Shown piece after piece: positions 1 to 9,209 of a DNA stretch of 64,000 nt. The stretch comes from an uncultured Methanosarcinales archaeon. Its GTDB lineage: Archaea; Halobacteriota; Methanosarcinia; Methanotrichales; Methanotrichaceae. The translations under genes and the position numbers were made by a program. Location of the stretch: contig CAWJKV010000003.1 in NCBI GenBank assembly GCA_963843555.1, forward strand, positions 192,001-256,000, given 5' to 3'. The notes beneath the pieces were generated by a model that saw only the letters and a program-made list of their open reading frames with translations, did no database searches and was not told where the DNA came from. Positions within the stretch are counted from its first letter, which is position 1, and each line of letters begins with the position of its first letter.

Positions 1-23
1 TCTTCCTGGGAGAGGCAGAATCA

Positions 24-311
24 TTGAATGCATCCTATTCCATGACTATGCAGTCCCTGGACGAGGGAAATCGAGAGAATGCCACTATGCAATACGGAAT
101 GCTGGAGAGCAGTTTTGGGAATTTTTCAAAAAAGTACAGCAAGTACAGGCCGCTGACGATCAAGTATGACGGCAACTTCACGGGTGACATGAATAACATC
201 TCGACAGCGATATCCGGCTCCGGAGAAGAGATCCGCCAGGGGGATCTCGTGCGCGCCCGGGAGAGACTGTCGCAGGCCGGTCCAAAGATGCAAAGGATGC
301 TGGACCGATAA
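24..311 (+). CDS. 3' part of a hypothetical protein, probably starting before the window
   Basis: Open frame to TAA at 311, convergent with ppiC; no recognisable motif. Confidence 0.5.
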   Translation: MNASYSMTMQSLDEGNRENATMQYGMLESSFGNFSKKYSKYRPLTIKYDGNFTGDMNNISTAISGSGEEIRQGDLVRARERLSQAGPKMQRMLDR

Positions 312-316
312 TTGCT

Positions 317-601
317 CTATTTTCTATCCACGACCTTGATGAGGTGATAGCCGAACTTGGACTTCACCGGCCCCAGGACTTTGCCTTTCTCGCCCTCAAA
401 GGCGGCCTTCTCAAACTCCGGTACCATTTTGCCCTTGCCAAACCAGCCCAGGTCTCCACCGCTCTTGCTGGAAGGGCATTGGGAGTATTTGCGGGCCATC
501 TCGGCAAAGTTCTCCTGACCGGTGGCCAGCTTCTCTTGGACCTCCAGCGCTTTCTTTTCCGTCTTGCATAAGATATGAACGGCATGAACTTCTTTTACCA
601 T
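317..601 (-). CDS. ppiC: Parvulin-type peptidyl-prolyl cis-trans isomerase
   Basis: HIL...F.EMARKYSQCPSSKSGGDLGWF.KG.MVPEFE.AAF...PVKS.FGYHLI rotamase signature. Confidence 0.95.
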   Translation of the reverse strand: MVKEVHAVHILCKTEKKALEVQEKLATGQENFAEMARKYSQCPSSKSGGDLGWFGKGKMVPEFEKAAFEGEKGKVLGPVKSKFGYHLIKVVDRK

Positions 602-781
602 GCCCGGGAATGAGGAAATGAAGAGATAAAAAGCTAGGGGTTAGCTACGGCGCTACAGGATAGAGGTGAGTTGGATCGGGGCAATTGCATCGATAACAAT
701 GATGTTGGCCACAATTGCCGGCGTTTCGATCTTTCCGATTTTTCAATGTATTGGATACAAAGGTACAAGAGATACAGCTGG

Positions 782-988
782 CTATTGCACGATCTCCTGC
801 ACCCGGCCCACCTGGCCGTCCTGCATCATTACCTTTATGCCGTGCGGATGGAATGAAGAACTGGTGAGAATGGTCTTCACAATTCCGCGCGTCCTTTTGC
901 CGGTGCGCTGGTCCTTCTTGAGAACAACATCCACCTCCAGGCCGGGGCGGATGTCTTTGCGATTCTGTCCATTTTTTGCGGGTGACAT
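782..988 (-). CDS. YwbE family small protein
   Basis: IRPGLEVDVVLKKDQRTGKRTRGIVKTILTSSSFHPHGIKV...GQVGRVQ is typical of YwbE. Confidence 0.9.
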   Translation of the reverse strand: MSPAKNGQNRKDIRPGLEVDVVLKKDQRTGKRTRGIVKTILTSSSFHPHGIKVMMQDGQVGRVQEIVQ

Positions 989-1135
989 TTAACCTCTGAT
1001 TGGTTGTGCTTCCTTCTGCATTTAAAGCCTATACTCATTGATCCCCAAAGCGCCTTTAGAGGATTCCGGCCCTCAAGGGTAGGCCGATTGGCAAAGGCTT
1101 GATTCGCATTCGCGGTGCCTGGCGTCAAGAGCTGG

Positions 1136-1402
1136 ATAAATTGTTCCCCGCGGACGCGGGGTTAAGGGGGGCCGCACGGCCATAAGTCGGGCCCCGTCAC
1201 CACAGCGCGTAATACCCGCGCGGAAGCCCGGAAGAAGAGGCTGGATAAATGTTTGCACTCAACGGATATGCTGATGTCATTCAATTGCAGACTGGACTTC
1301 GCAGACGCAGGCAGGACAGCATAAGCGCATTCTTCCGGGGTTCCGCGAGTCGGCCTGCTGGCCTCCCGCGCTACTGTGGGGGCGCGGCTTATGGCCGCGG
1401 CC
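1136..1402. repeat. GC-rich palindromic intergenic element, copy 1
   Basis: Arms 1219-1236 and 1330-1347 are a 17/18 inverted repeat; CGGCCATAAG near 1178 pairs with CTTATGGCCG near 1388; both arms recur at 2053-2270. Confidence 0.85.
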
Positions 1403-1558
1403 GGCCAAGCGACGACGGGCGGTTAAGATGAAGACTGATCGAATGCCGCATTGTTTCGATGGAGCCACGACTCTTCAGACATGCATAGGCGATCTTAAAG
1501 ACCGAAGCAAAGGCTATGATTGCTGGCATAGGTAATATATTGTCGAAAGAGAAATTAG

Positions 1559-1771
1559 TTGCCTATGCGGCAAGTGATGATCTACCCCGGCGAGGACGAC
1601 TATTGGGTGGCAGAAGTTCCAAGTCTCCCTGGTTGCATCAGCCAGGGGAAGACCCGAGAGGAAGCCATCGTCAACATAAAAGAGGCTATCAATGCGTACA
1701 TCAATGCACTGGCTGAGGATGGCCTCCCAATTCCAGAAGAACGCTTTGAGGCTCTTCTGGCGGTTGTATGA
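1559..1771 (+). CDS. hicB: HicB family antitoxin (short form, no DNA-binding domain)
   Basis: YWVAEVPSLPGCISQGKTREEAIVNIKEAI; ATGA overlap with hicA. Confidence 0.93.
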   Translation: MPMRQVMIYPGEDDYWVAEVPSLPGCISQGKTREEAIVNIKEAINAYINALAEDGLPIPEERFEALLAVV

Positions 1772-1989
1772 GCAAACTGCCTGTCATATCCGGACGCGAA
1801 TGCGTTAAAGCTCTGGAGAATGCAGGCTTTTACTTTAAGAGGCAAGAAGGGAGCCATATTGTGATGAGGCGAGATGATCCCTTTTCTCAGGTAATAGTAC
1901 CCAATCATAAAGAGCTTGATCGAGGCACTCTGAGGGCAATCATCAGGCAGGCAGGTTTAAGCTCAAATGAGTTCTTGAAGTTAATATGA
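1768..1989 (+). CDS. hicA: HicA family mRNA interferase toxin
   Basis: KLPVISGRE.VKALE.AGF...RQ.GSH...VP.H.EL..GTLRAIIRQAG. Confidence 0.93.
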   Translation: MSKLPVISGRECVKALENAGFYFKRQEGSHIVMRRDDPFSQVIVPNHKELDRGTLRAIIRQAGLSSNEFLKLI

Positions 1990-2052
1990 ATGTTGTATAC
2001 TTTTTCTTCTACTTGGTTTTCGTTTCCGCTTTCGCATAAAGGGCATCGCTTC

Positions 2053-2270
2053 ATAAATTGTTCCCCGCGGACGCGGGGTCAGGGGGGGCCGCCACGGCCT
2101 GGAGTGGGCCCCGTCACCCCTAGCGCGTAACACCGCGCGGAACCCCGGAAGAAGGAAGTGGAGATATATTTTAACTGCGTCTGCGATCAGGCAGACGCAC
2201 TTCTTCCGGGGTTCCGCGAGTCGGCCCGCGGCCTCCCGCGCTACTGTGGGGGCGCACCCTGCGGGGTGCA
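2053..2270. repeat. GC-rich palindromic intergenic element, copy 2
   Basis: Perfect 19-bp inverted repeat 2136-2154/2200-2218; inner 9-bp hairpin 2176-2184/2191-2199; direct repeat of 1136-1402. Confidence 0.85.
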
Positions 2271-2348
2271 ACGATGAAGCTGCAGACTATTAGTATGTCC
2301 CGATGTCTTGCCAAAAACCTGCAAAAAAAAGTTAAATCGCTCTCTTGC

Positions 2349-3051
2349 TCATCCTCGCATGAACTTGTCCCAGGCCGGGTAATTCTCCTTAAGGACAGTG
2401 CAGATGTCCTCCATCATCGCGAAAGGTATGCCTATCACTACGTCCTCATCCGCCAGCCCGGCGTTCTTCGCCGATCCATCGCAGCCCAGAGAAAAGTTCA
2501 CCTCGCCTTTGAGGTAGGGGGAGCTGGTGGCATCCACACAAAAGGACTGAATCCCGGCGGTATTGAAGGTCGAACGCCCTCCCTTTTTGAACTCAACCGC
2601 CTGCACAATTCTCCTGGCCTGAAGCGGATTGCCTACGAATATCACCACATCCGGATTCATCACCATCTTGTCCAGCGGAGCCACGTAAGTTGCGATTGTG
2701 CTGCCGGGAAGAAGTCGGGGCATATTGGCGGCGATGTTGGAGCCCACCTCCTTCGTCTCGCACTTATGCAATTTATCAAAGTACAGAGATCCTGATTGTG
2801 ATGTTCTCCGGGCATGCCTCCAGGCCGAGGCCGGATGAGCCTCCCTTGCATTCGTGGTAATCTGCATGCGCCAGGAAGCTTGTTCCCTGGAGCCTCGCTG
2901 TCTGGACCATGGAGCAGTACCGGAAGGGCTTCTCTATGATGTCGAGATCTTTGGGGATCTCCTCTTCGCTCTTGAACAGTCTCACGCCCACGATATGGTC
3001 CCTGATTCCCAGGGAGGACTTCAATACATCCGACATCTCTTCAAGATTCAT
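2349..3051 (-). CDS. DUF169 domain-containing protein (frameshift near 2790, probably a sequencing error)
   Basis: ORF 2776-3051 (VGVRL...YCSMV..AR...C.GG...LG) joins ORF 2349-2867 (PDVVIF...P.QA.RI...SLGCDGS). Confidence 0.8.
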
Positions 3052-3213
3052 TATAGTACACCGGAGAATAAGAGGTCAGGATCGGATTTTACACTTGCGC
3101 TCTGGTGCGGGCTTAATGGTGATGGAGAGGAGCTTAAGGGATGTTGCCAAAAGACGGCTGGTAGTGAAGAAGATAATCCGCAGGTATTAAAAAGAAAGAA
3201 AAATTGGGAGTTC

Positions 3214-3651
3214 TCAGGCCACTTGGGCTTCCTCGGGATAGCGGGAGACGATATTGCCCTCAGCATCCGTCAAGGTTGCCGTGTCCCCTCCGTTGTTCCA
3301 GATGGATGAGCTGCGATTCCAGAAGAGATCTTCAGAGGTGTCATCTCCAATTCCTGTTCTGATCTTAACTTTGGCCCCTGCTGTTAGACTAAAATCCGGG
3401 AAGGTGTATGTGTGATTCTGCCCATCCTCCAGAACCCAGCCGGTCAGATCTGCATCCGACGAGCCATCGTTGTAGATCTCCACCCATTCCTCATTCAAGT
3501 TCTCTTTCTCCGGGCTGGGAGCTACGAAACTGGCATTGGTAATGGCGATCTGGATGTCTGTGCTGCTGTCCTCTTCCTGGCCCAGTGCTGTTCCGAGGAA
3601 CAGTACGGCGAGGGAGAAGATTAGCGTGCCTGCTGATATTCGATTATTCAT
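3214..3651 (-). CDS. Secreted lamin tail domain (LTD) protein
   Basis: Signal peptide; EWVEIYN.G...DLTGW.L.D...YTFP...IWNN.GDTATL.D. Confidence 0.9.
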   Translation of the reverse strand: MNNRISAGTLIFSLAVLFLGTALGQEEDSSTDIQIAITNASFVAPSPEKENLNEEWVEIYNDGSSDADLTGWVLEDGQNHTYTFPDFSLTAGAKVKIRTGIGDDTSEDLFWNRSSSIWNNGGDTATLTDAEGNIVSRYPEEAQVA

Positions 3652-4247
3652 TTTTTTTTCTCCTTTATTTCTTCTCTAAGGTTTAGTATGATAAGTACCG
3701 ACTTAACTCATGTAATATAAATTTTTCTAAAGAGTTATACTTCTGAAGTGCTGGATCGATTTTAATCGATTAAACATTAAAGTAATAGATAAATAGTTTT
3801 AAGTGCTATCGATTATATATTCAGGTGAGAAGTAAAGGTGGGAGGTGCGACCATTTATTACTGTAATCATAACATGATGCAGATGTCTCAAAAAGAGGAT
3901 TGACCTTAGTCTCGCTCTTGCCTTCCTCTTCACAGACATTCCGTATTTGAGCCAGGATTTGATCCTTGAATCTCTTGTTGCCCACGAATTCTTTGTAAGC
4001 ATTTTACTACATATAAAAGTTTTTGATGTATAACTTGCGCGACATAGTGACCAAAAGGCCAAATGACTGCCCGATCCAGGCCAGCATAACCCCGAAGGGC
4101 TTGGCTGGGGCCACGCGCGCACGTGGGGGCGCGGGCGCCTGGGGCCGAGAAGCCGGGGGTCGATTTCAAGTTGCCAATTTCTCGGATAGTTTCTATCCCG
4201 TTATCTTGTTCACAGAAGCTGCCCCAATTTTTCTCCTCTAGGCCGGC

Positions 4248-4703
4248 TCACAACTGCCCTTTCTCCAACTGCCCCTTTTCCAGCATTTGCATCTTCTCTT
4301 TAGTCTCCGGACCCCAGGCAAATCCCCCCAGGCCCTTCCTGGCGACCACACGGTGACATGGCACGAGGACGGCAAAAGGATTCGTAGCCATGGCCCGGCC
4401 CACGGCGCGCGCGGCCTCTGGGCAGCCTGCGCAGACGGCAACCTCTCCATAGGTCATGGTCTCGCCGCGCCCGATCCCCTGCACCACGGCATAGATCCTC
4501 TTCTGAAACTCGGTGCAGGCCGAAAGATCCAGCTCTGCCGCAGGGCAGGGCGCGCCTCTCTCCAGGTAGGCCGCAATCCTTTCCGCCAACTCTGAGGGCT
4601 CCTCAGGTCTCTCTTTGGAAAAATAGATCCTTTTCACTTTTTGATCTGACCGCTCCACAAGGAGATAGAGACCCAAAGAGGGAACGAATGCGCCTTCGGT
4701 CAT
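4248..4703 (-). CDS. ogt: Methylated-DNA--protein-cysteine methyltransferase
   Basis: TYGEVA...AARAVG.A...NP...VPCHRVV active-site motif. Confidence 0.93.
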   Translation of the reverse strand: MTEGAFVPSLGLYLLVERSDQKVKRIYFSKERPEEPSELAERIAAYLERGAPCPAAELDLSACTEFQKRIYAVVQGIGRGETMTYGEVAVCAGCPEAARAVGRAMATNPFAVLVPCHRVVARKGLGGFAWGPETKEKMQMLEKGQLEKGQL

Positions 4704-5231
4704 CCTTTGATGATCTCCCGGAAGGTCTTGAACTGGCCCAGCTCGATCTTCTCCACCTTCAGGTCGGCGGTGTCCAGGATGGCGATACTGGAGAGGCCGG
4801 TGAAGTGGCCCCAGATCTCGCCCGGATTGATGAGCAGAGTCTTGCCCTGCCGCGTCACCTCGAAACGGTGGTTGTGGCCCCGGACCACTATATCGTAGAT
4901 CTGAGAGGCGACTACCGCCTTGACCAGCGGCTCCTCTGTGCCATGCATGAGGGCGATCCGCAGGCCGTCTGCCTCGACCTCACCGAAGTCGCCCAGGTAC
5001 TCTCCGCCCACGCGCGCAAACTCTCTGAAAAGACCGACACGATCTCCGTCGTTATTGCCGTAGACCAGCTTGATGGGAATGCCAAAGCCCTCGAAGGTGT
5101 AACAATTGCCCGAGCCTATCATATCTCCGGCAAAGAGCACCATGTTGACGTTTCTTTTGAGAAAATATCGATAGAGCATCTTTGACTCCTTGAATGCTGT
5201 CGTGTGCATCGGACATAATACCTATGAGCAT
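4700..5231 (-). CDS. YfcE-like metallophosphoesterase (frameshift near 5160)
   Basis: ATG at 5231 gives MLIGIMSDAHD; the main frame has AGD, YGNND, MHG, GHNH and INPGE motifs. Confidence 0.88.
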
Positions 5232-5345
5232 AAAATCACCCGGGCTCTAAATCCTCCTGGCTAAATCGCCCTGTTTATTGGATCGAGTGGGCCCTGATGT
5301 CATTGATATCGAGCCATTCAGGATCATATCGACTTTGCACTGACT

Positions 5346-6293
5346 CTAACTCGTATCTCCACCATCTTCCCAGTCACCAGCGCCAGCACCAGGATAACAG
5401 CTGCAGCCCTCAAGCAGGAGGTCCGTCTCCATCTTATTATTGGTTGCGCCCATCTCAATCGTCGCATTCAATGTATAGTCTCCAAAGAAGCTCTGATCAC
5501 CCTCGTTTATGGTCGTGACCATATCCGGAGCCGTCTGCTTGTATTTCAGATCAGTCATCCCGGAAGAGAAGGCTTCAATGTCATAATTCAGATGTTTTAT
5601 GGGGAGGAATTCTACCTTCACAACATCATTATTATCTGCAATCAGGGTGATATTCACGCGTGAAAACTCCATGCTGCTTCGCCTGACTCCGGAAAGCTCA
5701 GTTGCATAAAAAAAGGTCGCGGAAACGTAATCACGGTTGTTCGCAGATAGGTCACGATCGTTGATCTCCTTTCCTTTGTAGACAACTGCCTCATCCGATT
5801 GAAAATGCACCGGCCAAACCTCTGTAAAGTTGAACTCATAGAATGGGCTTCCAGAAGGCTTTAGTATCTCCCGGGTTATAGGCTCCTCAGCCTCGGCAGA
5901 TAATTTGGTATATTTTTCAGATTTTATCTCACCCTGAAAAGCACTTCGCCTCTGCTTTACGGCAACATCATTGAGATCAATGTCAATATACTTTGAGTGG
6001 CTGCCGCTCACTATCCTGCCTTGCGGCGTTGCCTCAATCCCGGTGATATTTCCTCTGCAATAATCCTGCAGTTCAAAGCTTATCGTCTCACTTTGCCTCT
6101 CTATTTTCCAGCTGCCAATATTCGCATACCAAGAGGTGGCATGGGTAGAGGGAGGCAACGATATAAATAGCATAATAAATAGCACAATCAACAGCAAAAC
6201 AATCCGCAAAATTCTTTTGTTATCCAGTTTGGCCTTGAATAAAATGCGCATGAAAGCCATATCGAGCTTCCATGCATCTTTGACGAACAGCAT
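5346..6293 (-). CDS. Secreted hypothetical beta-rich protein, paralog of 30802-31632
   Basis: Hydrophobic N-terminus; shares Y.G..IN.R....NN.D and Q..FG...I with the 30802 protein; ends with CSC. Confidence 0.75.
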   Translation of the reverse strand: MLFVKDAWKLDMAFMRILFKAKLDNKRILRIVLLLIVLFIMLFISLPPSTHATSWYANIGSWKIERQSETISFELQDYCRGNITGIEATPQGRIVSGSHSKYIDIDLNDVAVKQRRSAFQGEIKSEKYTKLSAEAEEPITREILKPSGSPFYEFNFTEVWPVHFQSDEAVVYKGKEINDRDLSANNRDYVSATFFYATELSGVRRSSMEFSRVNITLIADNNDVVKVEFLPIKHLNYDIEAFSSGMTDLKYKQTAPDMVTTINEGDQSFFGDYTLNATIEMGATNNKMETDLLLEGCSCYPGAGAGDWEDGGDTS

Positions 6294-6318
6294 GAACTGA
6301 TGGAGTCCTCAATAGAGC

Positions 6319-7017
6319 TTAAGCAGGTCTTAATATGCTTAATTTGCTCGTGGTTTTGGACTTGGTTGCGGTAACCTCGGTATTTGTCTGTGTTTTTATT
6401 GCTCTGGAGGACATAAGTGTGCTGCTCGAGCTTTGAGTGGAAAATTTTCTATTGGCCTCTGAAAAGACGCTGAATAGGGTCCTTGAGGGCACAATTGCCG
6501 TCTGATTGGCTGAGACAGACGTATCCGTGGCATTGCCCTGGTTGGAATAGCCGGTCAAAGAGCCAGTTGGAATTCTTAGTCCCACTTTTGTGGATTGCCC
6601 TAAAGAATTCCATGCCTGAGCAGAACATTCTATATCGTTTCCTTGATCTACAACCAGCGACTCAGCGACTCTAATTTCTTCGTTAGCCTTGTTTACGATT
6701 TTAAAATCATGGGCGTGATAGACGCTATTCGACATTTTGGCTATCAAGCGCACGTGCTCGCCGCCATTCAGAGAGTCAAAAGACTCATTGAAGTCCAGGC
6801 TTCCACCTCCAGCCACATTCGAGTTAGTGGAGTAGTATTCAGGACTTGCCACAGTGCTGCTGGCAAAGGCGTTATCGATACCCGCATTTAACCCGGAGCT
6901 TTCCGATGCGCCTCTTATTCCATTAGATATGCCCATGGAGAAATCTAGCCCATATGCTCCTGGCAGAAGGAGAATAATGGCAGAAACCAAAATGAAATAT
7001 GTCCTTAAGTAACTCAT
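6319..7017 (-). CDS. Secreted hypothetical Ser/Thr-rich protein
   Basis: Signal peptide ending in AYG; 232-aa ORF with upstream GAGG. Confidence 0.75.
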   Translation of the reverse strand: MSYLRTYFILVSAIILLLPGAYGLDFSMGISNGIRGASESSGLNAGIDNAFASSTVASPEYYSTNSNVAGGGSLDFNESFDSLNGGEHVRLIAKMSNSVYHAHDFKIVNKANEEIRVAESLVVDQGNDIECSAQAWNSLGQSTKVGLRIPTGSLTGYSNQGNATDTSVSANQTAIVPSRTLFSVFSEANRKFSTQSSSSTLMSSRAIKTQTNTEVTATKSKTTSKLSILRPA

Positions 7018-7670
7018 ATAAATAACCTCGCTTTGTTACGTAACATAAGAACGTAAGACTATAAAATTATGCTACCTTTTCTTAGTATTTCCCATCAGTA
7101 CTGCCCAGCACCATTATAGTACCACGATATTTCGAAATTTGATTCCTTCTCACCAATTTGGCGAAGAGGCGCATCAACTGCACTTCAACGCAAGGGCAAT
7201 ACGAGCAAAGCATTGCCTGTAGAAACCCGAAATTATTTTGCACTTGCTCAAAGTCCGAACTCGACATTTGAACGGAGTATTGAATAAGCAAAAAAAATCC
7301 ATTTGGGTTATTCGCGAAAAGAAGGCAAGCGTGAAAAACGAGCAAGATAGACAAGGGCGTGAAAATAACGCGCCCGAGCGAGTCCAGCAAATCGGGAAGC
7401 ATTATCTCGATGCAGGAATGGAGCAGATTATTGCGAAGACACTTGGTTCTCACATAGCCCTATCATGCAAAGACGGCTCAGCTTGTCGTTTTGGCATATG
7501 CTCACTGCAAATTTGAGGCAAGGATGGACGTGAGGTAAGTAACAATGAAGATCTATAAAAATATTAAAATATTCCATATAATCCGGTGTGATGCAAATGA
7601 TTCAGGACTGCACACAAGCAAAGCATTGCCCGAAAGGTCTAAGTACAAGGAGTAACCTGGTAGCGAGAGG

Positions 7671-7778
7671 CCCGCCTTAACTCAGCCTGGTAGAGTGCGC
7701 GGCTGTAGTATGTCTCGCACCGTAGAGGTGCTACGCGCAGTCACCGCGATGTCCCCGGTTCGAATCTGGGAGGCGGGA
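7671..7778 (+). tRNA. tRNA-Tyr(GTA) with a 34-nt canonical intron (7709-7742)
   Basis: Acceptor CCCGCCT/AGGCGGG; anticodon stem CGCGG/CCGCG with CT-GTA-G; GGTTCGAAT T-loop; CTGT/GCAG pairing compatible with a bulge-helix-bulge. Confidence 0.93.
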
Positions 7779-7786
7779 TCTGTTGT

Positions 7787-7859
7787 GTCCGGATGGTGTA
7801 GTGGCCCATCATGAAAGCCTGTCGAGCTTTCGACCCGGGTTCGAATCCCGGTCCGGGCG
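7787..7859 (+). tRNA. tRNA-Asp(GTC)
   Basis: Acceptor GTCCGGA/TCCGGGC; anticodon arm AAAGC-CTGTCGA-GCTTT; CCGGGTTCGAATCCCGG T-arm. Confidence 0.96.
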
Positions 7860-8103
7860 TTTAATACAGATATGAAATTGGGAAGAGCTTGCATTGGCTA
7901 TCGCTTTTCTCCATCTCTTTTTCATGTTTTTTTAGGGGCTATTTGTAGTCATCCTGAAATGTGCTCCGCCCGGCAGAATCCTGTCATTCGGAGAAATGTT
8001 GAAGCACCAGGCCTGCAAGTCGAAATAGCCTCTATCTCGAAGTACAACGTCGCCATTTTTTTAATGGATCAAATCGAATAATAAAAAAAAACGCGGCTCC
8101 GGC

Positions 8104-8646
8104 CTAGCTGACGGCCAGAGTCTTGATTATTTGAGTGGTATTATCCCTATCAAGTAACGATACCAACACGGCATAAGTGGATCTATCCAGGTCCCAGACG
8201 GCCATGTCGTAGCTGCCGCCAAGCATCTGAATCCGCTCATCCTCGGTGCTCATGGTGTGGACGGTCACATTATTTCCCAGGGAACTCACAGCGGTCCAGT
8301 TTCCGATCTCAGAATCGCCTCTGGCTTCAACAGCAGACATGCCCCCGACCAGGAAAAGCTCGGAAAGACTGCCGGGACTCATCTTGCCTAAGACTTCATC
8401 ATAGACGCTCATGACGGATACGAATGCCGCTCCTGCTGTGGCTGTGTTGTTGATTAGGAAGTCCTGGGAGGCCATACCTTTGCTACTGGCGTTAAATGCG
8501 CCGCTGTCAATCTCAAAGCTCGGTCCCAGATCCACGGATAGGGCCTTCTCCGAGACTGTGAGAACCTTCGATTCCAGGGCCAAGGTTGGCAAGGCCAGGC
8601 AGGCCAGGAAAAGCATGACCGATATAAAAGCTGCAAAAGGCTTCAT
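8104..8646 (-). CDS. Secreted hypothetical protein
   Basis: Signal peptide ending in TLA; upstream GGAG; 180-aa ORF. Confidence 0.75.
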   Translation of the reverse strand: MKPFAAFISVMLFLACLALPTLALESKVLTVSEKALSVDLGPSFEIDSGAFNASSKGMASQDFLINNTATAGAAFVSVMSVYDEVLGKMSPGSLSELFLVGGMSAVEARGDSEIGNWTAVSSLGNNVTVHTMSTEDERIQMLGGSYDMAVWDLDRSTYAVLVSLLDRDNTTQIIKTLAVS

Positions 8647-8750
8647 TTTTGTAACTCCTTTTGATCGGATTGATGTGGATAGTATAAAGATTTTTCTACA
8701 CTCTCAATAATATATAAAATCTTACTATAAAACTCTGTGATTCCAGGCCT

Positions 8751-9185
8751 TCAGATGGCCTGGATCTCCTCTTTCGTCGCGATCTTGACGTTCTTCTCGC
8801 CCAGCACCTTCCGGCCTTGGCGATGTCGTCCACCCGCAGGATGAGCATGGCACGCTGAGCTTTCGCCGTAACAAAGGCATAGGCGTAGTCCACATTCACG
8901 CTGTTCTGTCCCAGGGTATTGACTATCTCGTAAAGGCCGCCAGGAGTATCCTTCATCTCCACTGCCAGAACATCGGTCATGGAGACGGTGAAGGCGTTCT
9001 CCTTCAGGACTTTGTAGCCCTTCTCCGGGATCATCCAGTACCATGCGAATGACTCCGAAGTCGCCGGCCTCGGCGATGGTCAGAGCGCGTATGTTCACAC
9101 CTGCATCAGAAAGCGTTTTTGCAACCTTGGCCGTCCTTCCCGGCCGGTTCTCCACAAAGAGCGAAATTTGCTTGATCTCTTCCAT
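8751..9185 (-). CDS. Tandem ACT domain protein (two compensating frameshifts)
   Basis: IKQISLFVENRPG...NIRAL.IAE.GDFGVIRM; second ACT D.PGGL...NVDYAYAF in the alternative frame; follows paaK. Confidence 0.88.
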   Translation of the reverse strand: MEEIKQISLFVENRPGRTAKVAKTLSDAGVNIRALTIAEAGDFGVIRMVLDDPGEGLQSPEGERLHRLHDRCSGSGDEGYSWRPLRDSQYPGTEQRECGLRLCLCYGESSACHAHPAGGRHRQGRKVLGEKNVKIATKEEIQAI

Positions 9186-9209
9186 CTTGAAAGCCTCCTG
9201 CACCTTCCA

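Noticed and set aside
1143..1162. GTTCCCCGCGGACGCGGGG resembles a type I-E CRISPR repeat
   Set aside because: Only two copies, 917 bp apart, followed by conserved rather than spacer-like sequence; no cas genes in the window.
4251..4283. 15-bp duplication at the ogt C-terminus (LEKGQ x2)
   Set aside because: Simple slippage in a dispensable tail; no sign of function.
7082..7516. Overlapping ORFs 7082-7453 (-) and 7238-7516 (+)
   Set aside because: No recognisable motif or clear RBS; cannot support either as a gene.
7671..7859. tRNA genes as an integration site for the accessory region
   Set aside because: No integrase and no duplicated tRNA 3' end noticed elsewhere in the window.
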